DNA of 31,621 nt, taken from the NCBI RefSeq assembly GCF_006345805.1, contig NW_021832297.1:1-31621 (forward strand). Direction: 5' to 3'. The position numbers and the translations under genes are program-made. Under the pieces are notes generated by a model. It was not told where the DNA came from. It made no database searches and saw nothing but the letters and a program-made list of their open reading frames with translations. Source of the DNA: Octopus sinensis. Taxonomy: Eukaryota. This document shows, one piece after another, positions 9,201-20,543 of the stretch (the first letter of the stretch is position 1; the number at the start of each line of letters is the position of its first letter).

Positions 9201-12200
9201 ACCTTGCGGGATGAAAAACAAAACCCGTCAAAGGGTGGAGGAACTCTTGAGAGTCAACGAATAAATGTCTTAAGGATGTATCATGCGCAGGGACATAGAA
9301 ATACTCAGATTGAATACCCTTTATGTAAGACATACGTATAAGATATATAACATACATTGACATAATACATATGTTTATGCTCCTGCTAACTGTTCATCAT
9401 CATCATCGTTTAACACCCATTTTCCATGCTAGCATGGGTTGGACGGTTCAACTGGGGTCTGGGAAGCCAGAAGGCTGCGACAGGCCCATTCTGATCCGGC
9501 AGTGTTTCTACAGCTGGATGCCCTTCCTAACGCCAACCACTCTGTGAGTGTAGTGGGTGCTTTTTACCTGCCACCAGCACAGGTGCCAGACAAGGCTGGC
9601 AACGGCCACAATTGGATGGTGCTTTTTACGTGCCACCGGCATGGGGCCCAGACGAGGCTGGCAATGGCCACGATTGGATGGTGCTTTTTACGTGCCACCG
9701 GCATGGGGCCCAGACGAGGCTGGCAATGGCCACGATTGGATGGTGCTTTTTACGTGCCACCAGCACGGGGGCCAGACGAAGCTGGCAACGGCCACCATTG
9801 GATGGTACTTTTTACGTGCCACCAGCACGGGGGCCAGACAAGGCTGGCAACGGCCACAATTGGATGGTGCTTTTTACGTGCCACCAGCACGGAGGCCAGT
9901 CGGGGCAGCGCTGGCAACGGCCACATTCGGATGGTTCTCTTACGTGTTGCCGGCACTGGTATAATTTCCATTGATGTTGATCGATTTCGATTTTGATTTG
10001 TTATCAAAATTTCATCTGAAAAGCAGTTTGTTTTCCTTATTTTTTCATCATTTAACTTTTACTTAAATCTTCATTGTTACAAGAAAAAAATGTTCTTCAA
10101 TATTCTTTGTTGCAATGTTCCAGGGTGTAACATTCCCAGCAATGCATAACCTCTTGGGTAAATGGTCTCCGATGCGTGAAAGAAGCATCTTAGCTACCAT
10201 CACATATTCTGGTGAGTTAATCTAAATTATTACATTATAACAATAAATCCTCAAGAGATATTTGATTAGGTGTAGGAGTGGCTGTGTGGTAAGTAGCTTG
10301 CTTATGAACCACATGGTTCCGGGCTCAATCCCACTGCGTGACACCTTGGGCAAGTGTCTTCTAAAATAGCCTCGGGACAACCAAAGCCTTGTGAGTGGAT
10401 TTTGTAGACGGAAACTGAAAGAAGCCCATTGTATATATGTAGATATTTATGTATGTGTGTGTATATGTTTGTCCCCCCACCATCGCTTGACAACCGATGC
10501 TGGTGTGTTTGCATCCCCGTATCTTAGCGGTTTGGCAAAAGAAGACCGATAGAATAAGTACTAGGCTTACAAATAATAAGTCCTGGGGTTGATTTGCTCA
10601 ACTAAAGGTGGTGCTCCAGCATGGCCACAGTCAAATGACTGAACCAAGTAAAAGAATAAAAGAGTATATATATATTCCACCTTATCTCAATCTCAACCAA
10701 ATGCCATCTTTCCTTCAATCATCATCCATACTCTGTCTCCTCTTCCAAACTCCACACTAAACGCTTAGTTTATTCCTCACACACCAGAGGTGCAGCCTCC
10801 TGGAATTAAAAAACTCTGTCCTACAAACATGAACCTCCAGAAATTCCAGCTGGACATTATCTGCAGCGACCTGGCTTCTGTCTGGGAGGATCAAAAGACA
10901 TAAGATGTACTCCTCATCTTTTTTAGAATATAAAATTAAATTTCAGTGTGGAAGGTGTTTGTAAGCCATTTAAGAAACACACAAAAGCCATTCTTTACTT
11001 GTTTCAGTCATTTTCACTGCGGCCATGCTGGAGCACCGCCTTTAGTCGAGCATATCGACCCCGGGACTTATTCTTTGTAAGCCCAGTACTTATTCTATCG
11101 GTCTCTTTTGCCAAATCGCTAAGTGACGGGGACGTAAACACACCAGCGTCGGTTGTCAAGCAATGCTAGGGGGACAAACACAGACACACAAACACACACA
11201 TACATATACATATATATACATATAGACGACGGGCTTCTTTCAGTTTCAGTCTACCAAATCCGCTCACAAGGCATTGGTCGGCCCGGGGCTATAGCAGAAG
11301 ACACTTGCCCAAGATGCCACGCAGTGGGACTGAACCCAGAACCATGTGGTTGGTTAGCAAGCTACTTACCACACAGCCACTCCTGCGCCATTCGATTCAC
11401 TTCAACATTTAAGTTTAATTTGTCAAAATATTTTCGTCGCTTTAAGACCACAACCTGTTCACTGACATTTCCCTTGTGCAAAAAACCGTGCAGCACGGAT
11501 TTTTGTCAGTGAACAGGTCGCGGTCTTAAAGCGACGAAAATATTTTGACAAATTAAACTTAAATGTTGAAGTGAATCGAACGGCTTTTGTGTGTTTCTTA
11601 AATGGCTTACAAACACCTTCCACGCTGCAATTGTTTTCGTTTCAGCAGACGATCTCAGATCAAATCAATTGCTATGCAAGTACATCTCCAAAATTAAATT
11701 TTAAAAAATAAAATGAAACTGCATTTTATAAGTTGCATTGCATTTAATTTTTCAGGTGCACATATGGGAACAGTTCTATCACTGCCAATATCAGGTGTTT
11801 TAGCAAATTCTGACCTGTTTGGAGGATGGCCATCAATATTCTATGTTCCTGGTAAGTGTTTTACCATATTTTCTGCCTGGGTGGCCATGGCCAGGTAATC
11901 TCTGCAGCAAGATCCCTGTTTCTGCCTCTCTGTCATACTTTATATATATTTCATTACCCACAAGGGGCTAAACATAGAGGGGACAAACAAGGACAGACAA
12001 AGGGTTGAAGTCGATTATATCGACCCCAGTGCATAACTGGTACTTAATTTATCGACCCCGAAAGGATGAAAGGCAAAGTCGACCTCGGCGGAATTTGAAC
12101 TCAGAACGTAACGGCACACGAAATACCGCTAAGCATTTTGCCTGGCGTGCTCACGTTTCTGCCATACTTTATATAGGCGTGTCATGAATTCTAAAACTCA

Positions 12201-12518
12201 TGAGAAGCTGAGCAATGCTTCTGAAAATATACAGTGTAGGAACCTTTCAGATGCATGTTCACTGTTGTTGGGTGAATGACTTTATCTGTTGCAAGGTTTA
12301 ACACCTGTGGAAGCACATGGCCTAGTGGTTAGAGCAGCGGACTCGCGGTCGAGGGATCTCGGGTTCGAATCTCAGACCGGACGATGTGTGTGTTTATGAG
12401 CGAAACACCTAAGCTCCACACGGCTCCGGCAGAAGGTAATGGCGAAACTTCTGCTGACTCTTTCATCACAACTTTCTCTCATTATTGCGCCTCCACAATA
12501 ATAATAATAATACTAATG

Positions 12519-12551
<33 letters not shown>

Positions 12552-14329
12552 TTAATAATAATAGTCGTGGTGGTGGTGGTGGTGGTGGTGGTGGTGTGGT
12601 GGTAGCGGTGGTTGTAGTGGTGGTGGTGGTTGTGGTGGTGGTGGTTGTGGTGGTGGTGGGGGTTGTGGTGGTGTTGATGGTGATGATGATGATGATGTAG
12701 CACTCATGCTCCATACTTGCATGGGTTTGACAGTTTGAAAAAAAATAATGGGCCCAAGGATGGCATCCCACTCCAGTGTTAGTTTAGTAGAATTTCTATG
12801 GCTTGGATGCCCTTCCTAATGCCAACCACTTTACAATGCGTGCTTTTTTTCATGGCACCAACACTAGTGAGGTCACCATGTCAGCTTGCACAATAACGAA
12901 ACCCTATTCGGGAGGGGAAATTTTGTTGCTTTGTAGTCTGTGAAGTTGGTGGAATTCTTCACCTGCGATGTTGACTTTCCTGCTAATGGACTGATTAGAA
13001 AGTGGCTCAGTGGATGACATGCTGAACCTCTACAACTCACTAGAGGTCTTAAGGGAATATCTATTTCTTTACTACCCACAAGGAGCTAAACACAGAGAGG
13101 ACAAACAAGGACAGACACACGGATTAAGTCGATTGTATCGACCCTCAGTGCGTAACTGGTACTTAATTTATCGACCCCAAAAGGATGAACGGTAAAGTTG
13201 ACCTCGGCGGAATTTGAACTCGGAACGTAACGGCAGACGAAATACTGCTAAGCATTTTGCCTGGCGTGCTAACGTTTCTGCCAGCTCGCTACCTTAGAGG
13301 GAGAAATAGTAATGGAATATCATCCTTGTGAATTTTAGGGAGACCATACATGTGTGGTAGTTTACTGTGGTATTGAGTCAGTTGTCTGTACTTCATTGTT
13401 AAGTTAAGTTAAGTTAATTTTTTGGCTCAAAACACGAAAAGCAAGGCCATGTAGGGGGACATGGAGTTATGTACAGGGAGGGTGTTCATGCAAAGAGTTC
13501 AGGCCATTTCTGGTCAAGAGAGACTTTGAACCGAACGGTCGTCGGCATCTTCACTATCTCGTCTGGCAGCTTATTCCACGGATCCGCAACCCGGACGGAG
13601 AAAGCTCCTCTCCGACTGAGATGAAATCGTCGCAGATAGAGCTTTTCGGAGTGACCCCGCAGCCGACGCTCTGGAGCAGGAGTGAAGAACAGCTCTTTCG
13701 AGAGGTTACACTTTCCGCTTATGATGTAAAGTGATCCTTGTTCTTGGTCAAGATCTGTGGCAACTTCCTCTCTGTTTTCAAAGTAGGGTCTTTCTTTTCT
13801 TTGCTATAGCTACCATCTCTTATAAAACTTGCCAATTTTTCAGAGTAGTCAGGTGGGGAACCTATACGCCAATACACCATTTTGTGCTCAGGAAATAAGG
13901 AGTAGGGAGAGGTAAAGTATGAGAGAAAGGACCAGAGCAGAGCAGAGCTCATATGATTGGATTTTTAGTCATGCATAAACATAATGAGAAACTTATTTTG
14001 TTTTCTTTTTCCTTTTCATTTTCTTTCTAAATCTTCTCAAAGGAATCGGAGGAATCATCTGGTTTATAGGGTGGATCTTCATTGCTTCCAACTCTCCAGC
14101 TGAACATCCTTGGATTTCAGAAAAGGAAAAGCGATACATAGAATCATCAGTTGGCTGCAGAAAGGTAAAACATTCACCATCATCATCATCAGCATCAATC
14201 ACCATCACCATCATCATCACGATCATCATCATCGTCATCATCATCGTCATCATCATCATCATCATCATCATCCTCATCATCATCCTCATCACCATCACGA
14301 TCATCATCATCATCACCATCACCATCACG

Positions 14330-14365
<36 letters not shown>

Positions 14366-14609
14366 TCCTCCTCCTCCTCCTCTGTTATTATGGCAGAGTC
14401 GTTAACACCACCTGGGTGAAATTATTTTTCGTCTGTCTTAACATCCTGATTTCTAATTCCACCAAGGTTATGTTTCATCCTTTCGAGGTCGATAAAATAA
14501 GTACTAGCTGAGCACTAGGGTTGATGTAGTTAACTTACCCCAACCCCCCAAAATTGCTAGCTTTGTGCCAAAATTCGAAGCCGTTATTATTATTATTATT
14601 ATTATTATT

Positions 14610-14653
<44 letters not shown>

Positions 14654-14693
14654 TATTAATATAAATATTATTATCATTATCATTATTTTTATC

Positions 14694-14740
<47 letters not shown>

Positions 14741-15905
14741 AATATAATAATAATAATAATAATAATAGGCAGAAACGTTAGCACGCCGGGCGAAATGCTT
14801 AGCGGTATTTTGTCTGCGTTACGTTGTGAGTTCAAATTCCGCCGAGGTCAACTCTGCCTTTCATCCTTTCGGGGTCGATAAATTGAGTACCAGTTACGCA
14901 CTGGGGTCGATGTAATCGACTTAATACCTATGTCTGTCCTTGTGTGTCCACTCTGTGTTTAGCCCTTTGTGGGTAATAAAGAAATAGGTATTTCATCTGC
15001 TACTGCATTCTGAGTTCAAATTCCACCGAGGTTGACTTGGCCTTTCATCCTTTCGGGGGTCGATAAATTAAGTACCAGTTTCGCACTGGGGGTTGATGTA
15101 ATCGACTTAATCCCTTTGTCTATCCTTGTTTGTCCCCTCTGTGTTTAGCCCCTTGTGGGTAATAAAGAAATAGGTATTTCGTCTGTTGTTACGTTCTGAG
15201 TTCAAATTCCGCCGAGGTCGACTTTGCCTTTCATCCTTTCGGGGGTCGATAAATTAAGTACCAGTTCCGCACTGGGGTTGATGTAATCGACTTAATCCCT
15301 TTGTCTGTCCTTGTTTGTCCCCTCTATGTTTAACCCCTTGTGGGTAATAAAGAAATAGGTATTTCGTCTGTTGTTACGTTCTGAGTTCAAATTCCGCCGA
15401 GGTCGACTTTGCCTTTCATCCTTTCGGAGGTCGATAAATTAAGTACCAGTTCCGCACTGGGGTTGATGTAATCAACTTAATCCCTTTGTCTGTCCTTGTT
15501 TGTCCCCTCTATGTTTAAGCCCCTTGTGGGCAATAAAGAAATATATGTATTTATGGAATTTTCTTGTGTATGTATTAGGAATTCCGAACACCATGGTATT
15601 CCATCTTCACATCCATCAGAGTTTGGGCCATAAATGTCGGTCATGTGACGTTCAACTGGAATTTCTATTTGATGCTCACAAGTCTGCCTCTCTACATGAA
15701 GACAGTCCTCCATTTCGACATGAGCCAGGCAAGCACTTCTTTCTTACATTCACTCACTCTCTCTCTCTCTCTCTCTCTAATGTTGCTTGTGCTACTCTCT
15801 CTTTCTTTCTCTCACTCTCTCTGTTCCCTTGTCTCTTTATATTTATCTCTCTCATCCTGTCACTCTTTCTCTCTCTCCTTCTTTCTTTCACTCTGTGTGT
15901 GTATT

Positions 15906-15936
<31 letters not shown>

Positions 15937-15960
15937 ATGTATATATATACGTATATATAT

Positions 15961-15994
<34 letters not shown>

Positions 15995-16545
15995 TTACAT
16001 ATATGTGTGTATAAATGTATACATAATTATTGTATATATTCTTTTATTCTTTTACTTGTTTCAGTCATTTGACTGTGGCCATGCTGGGGCATATATATAT
16101 ATCTATATGCATATATATGTGTGTGTGTGTATATGTATATATATGCATACAAATATGCATATTATGATATATATACACACACACAAGTGTGCCTTTGTCT
16201 TTGTATCACTACCTCTCTCTCTCTTATCTCATCATTTTCTCTCTCTCTCTCTCTCTCTCACTCTCTCTCTCTCTCTCACTCTATCTCTCTCTCTCTCTCT
16301 TTAACAGAACAGTTTATATTCGGCCATTCCCTATCTTCTGCTATGGTTTCTGATGACAATCACAGGGTTTGTGGCTGACTGGTTAAAGAATGGCATTCTC
16401 TCCACTGGAACCACTCGTAAAATCTTGAACACAGTCGGTAAGCACTACATCAATCTATTGTCCTTGCTGTTGTTGTCTTCTTCTTCAATGCACCAGGGCA
16501 TTCACCATCATCATCATCATCATTATCATCATCATCATCATCATT

Positions 16546-16591
<46 letters not shown>

Positions 16592-16617
16592 CCACCACCA
16601 CCACCATCATCATCATT

Positions 16618-16673
<56 letters not shown>

Positions 16674-16684
16674 TATCATCATCA

Positions 16685-16721
<37 letters not shown>

Positions 16722-16765
16722 CCACCACCACCACCATCATCATCATTATCATCATCATCATCATT

Positions 16766-16812
<47 letters not shown>

Positions 16813-16939
16813 TATCATCATCATCACCACCACCATCATCATCATTATCATCATTATCATCATCATCATCGTCATCATCATCACCATCAGCACCATCATC
16901 AGCAGCAGCAGCAGCACCACCACCACCACCACCACCATT

Positions 16940-17021
<82 letters not shown>

Positions 17022-20000
17022 TATTTATTGTAATTTTTCTTTGCATTAACCACAGGTATTACATTACCAGCTATTTTACTTGGTACCATCCAATATGTTG
17101 GTTGTGACCGAAATGCGGCTCTAGCCATGGTTACCATGGCTATTGCCTTTTCTGCAATCGCTTTGGGAGGGTATCAAGTCAACCATTTAGACATTGCACC
17201 GAATTTTGCTGGTGAGTTGTTTTTTTTTTAATTCATTGTCCTTTGTATTTTGTTTTTGATTTTATTTCTGTTTTTTTTCACCTTTTGGCTTTCGTTTCTT
17301 CATTTTATCACTGAAGCAAGAGGGTTGAATGCACAAATTTACAGAGACTTATCGATATATTTTTATCGTTGTCCCTTAGCTGGTACATTATCAACAATGG
17401 TTGTCCAAGACCCCATTGTAGTGGGTGTTTTTAACAAATGACCCTCTCTGAGCAACAGAACAAGCAGCAAAAGAACATACACTCCAGTCTGGTCAGGTGT
17501 TTCTTGAGAAGAGTTACAATAGTTAGAAAGTAATGTATCGTAAAAGTGATGTAGAAGTTGGTCACTTCTACCTGGACTAAATCAGCTGATTATATATTCA
17601 AATGGAAGACATTGAAAGATAAAAAAACACAAACCAAAGTCTTTCGGTGTTCAGCTTGTCATGTGATTGTGCCTTTCAAGCTAAAATGGATATTTCTAAA
17701 TCATTATTATTATTATTAGGGTAGTGAGCTGGCAGAATTGTTCATCATCATCATTGTTTGACCGTGGTTGAGACAATGGAATTTACTATGCTACGCCAGA
17801 CTTCACGGTCCATCATAGCATTACGGAGGTCCTGTTGCTGGATGCCTGTATCCCTGGAGATTACATCAGGGTAGGAGAGTGTGCGACCTCTGGTATTGCG
17901 AGTAGATGGCTTCCAGAGGAGAAGAGTAGAAATTACTTCTTTTTCAGCTCTACAACAATGTCCAGCAAACTGGACTCTCCTACATGCCTGTATCCCTGGA
18001 GATTACATCAGGGTAGGAGAGTGTGCGACCTCTGGTATTGCGAGTAGATGGCTTCCAGAGGAGAAGAGTAGAAATTACTTCTTTTTCAGCTCTACAACAA
18101 TGTCCAGCAAACTGGACTCTCCTACCTTTCACAAGAATTGTTAGCATTCTGGGCAAAATGATTTTGTCTAACTCCCTATCATCATCATCATCATCGTGAG
18201 TCACACAAAATCATTTTGTTCAATCAGTACAATATTTTAGTGACCCTGAAGGAAGACAAGTAAAGCTGATGTTAGCTTAATCCTTTTAGTAATTTAGTAT
18301 TTTAGCTTAATGCTTTTAGTATTTGGATTATTCTGTCAAATGTAATGCATTATCGTATAGCTTCAAGATTACAATGATGCCACCGTTTTTTAAAATTTTT
18401 ATTTTTAAGACTGACACTGTAGGGTTGATGTGAGAAACCAGATCTGGCTGGTTTGAACATAAAACAGATAGGCGTAGGAGTGGCTGTGTGGTAAGTAGCT
18501 TGTTTACCAACCACATGGTTCCGGGTTCAGTCCCACTGCGTGGCACCTTGGGCAAGTGTCTTCTACTATAGCCTTGTGAGTGGATTTGGTAGACGGAAAC
18601 TGAAAGAAGCCCGTCGTATATATGTATATATATATATATGCATGTGTGTGTTTGTGTGTCTGTGTTTGTCCCCCTAGCATTGCTTGACAACCGATGCTGG
18701 TGTGTTTATGTCCCCGTCACTTAGCGGTTCGGCAAAAGAGACCGATAGAATAAGTACTGGGCTTACAAAAGAATAAGTCCCGGGGTTAAAAAAGGCGGTG
18801 CTCCAGCATGGCCGCTGTCAAATGACTGAAACAAGTAAAAGAGTAAAGAGTAAAGAGTATAGAAGATTTGGGCCAAATATGACTGGTTTAAATGCTAAAG
18901 GGTGAAAGAAGACTATGAATAATAATAATAATTAAATTTAATTTGTCAAAATATTTTCGTCGTCGCTTAAGACCGCGACCTGTTCACTGACAAAAATCCG
19001 TGCTGCATCTCAGCACGGTTTTTGTCAGTGAACAGGTCGCGGTCTCAAAGCGACGAAAATATTTTGACAAATTAAACTTAAATGTTGAAGTGAATCGAAC
19101 GGTTTTTGTGTGTTTCTTAAATGGCTTACAAACACCTTCCACGCTGCAATTGTTTTCGTTTCAGCACACGATCTCAGATCAAATCACTTGCTATGCAAGT
19201 ACATCTCCGTAAAATAATAATAATAATAAATGCCATAATTTCCTTTCAGGTACTCTCATGGGAATATCAAATACTTTTGCTACAATTCCTGGTTTTGTAG
19301 CTCCAAGTGTTGTTGGAGCCTTTACTCATATTCAGGTTTGTATAAATCCTTGCCACTTATTATGGACTATCTTTATGTAAGGTACTCAGGAGTGTGTGTG
19401 GTGGAGAGAGTCCTGCTGAATGGAGAGGCTTGTGCTCTCAGCTATTTAAACACTGCAAAAACTGGGATAAAATCTAGCTAAAAGAACCTTGAGGCTCGAG
19501 ACAGATAGAATTGTTACTATTCAAGATTAGAGTAGTTAGTGATGGTTATAATAGTTGTTGTCGAGGCACATGGCCTAGTGGTTAGAGCAGCGGACTCGCG
19601 GTCGAGGGATCACGGGTTCGAATCTTAGACCGGGTGATGTGTGCGTTTATGAGCGAAACCACTAAGCTCCACGCAGCTCCGGCAGAAGGTAATGACGAAA
19701 CTTCTGCTGACTCTTTTGCCACAACTTTCTCTCACTCTTTCCTCCTGCATCTTGCAGCTCACCTGCGACGGACCAGCGTCCTGTTCCAGGTGGGGAACCT
19801 GTACGCCAAGGAAACCGGGAAACCAGCCCTTATGAGCCAGGCATGGCTCTAGAAGGAACAAACATAATAGTTGTATAATAGTTGTAGTAACTATATAAAT
19901 AGTGTTGGTAACTATAGCAGTAGTTAGTATTGATGGCTTTTAAAGTAGTAAGTTGGATTACTTAAATCTGGCCACCTTATAACCTGGCCATTTTTGGACC

Positions 20001-20509
20001 TGGGGAAAATAGCAAAAAGCAGAAATTGCCCCCTACACTGGGGTCAATGTAATTGACTAGTCCCCTCCTACCAAATTTCAGGCCTGGTGTCTTTAGTAGA
20101 AAGAATTATTATTATTATTATTATTATTATTATTTCCTTCTTTCTTCAAATTTTCTTCCGTTTCTCGCCGAGTGTTTTCCATACACCTAGGGCAGAGAAG
20201 GGCATTGTATGCATTCCCAGATTACACGCGCAAATTCAAAGATAAAATATGTATTTAAAAATTAATAAATAAATAAATTCATGGATGGATGTTATTTTCA
20301 CAGCGATAGTGCTCTTCTCAGTACATGAGCCGTTCCAGTTAATACGATTTTTTGCACTTCCTGTAGGGATGGTGAGCCTAGAATCATTTTCAAATAGGTT
20401 TCAGTACCTTTTTTTATCATTCCTAGAGATCCTACAATCACTGGTACTGTAGTCGCCTTGAGATGCCACATTTTTACAATTTCTATTAACAGGTCTTTAT
20501 ATTTACTAA

Positions 20510-20543
<34 letters not shown>

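Noticed and set aside
9100-9260. GC-rich segment with hairpin caccaagc-tc-gcttggtg, considered as an HDV-like ribozyme of a LINE 5' end
   Set aside because: The nested double pseudoknot and catalytic J4/2 could not be assigned by eye; it needs an Infernal/RNArobo search
9439-10007. Overlapping 85-185 aa ORFs with repeated MATIGWCF-type words
   Set aside because: Products of the 62-bp minisatellite inside family D
10690-10860. Weak resemblance to a CR1/L2 3' end (SWN...NLQKF)
   Set aside because: Needs frameshifts and stops, and too few matching residues to support a call
16353-17033. 226-aa poly-His ORF; intron 8 is 618 bp (a multiple of 3), suggesting in-frame retention
   Set aside because: Read-through of exon 8 into (CAT)n meets TAA at 17031-17033, so retention would truncate the protein
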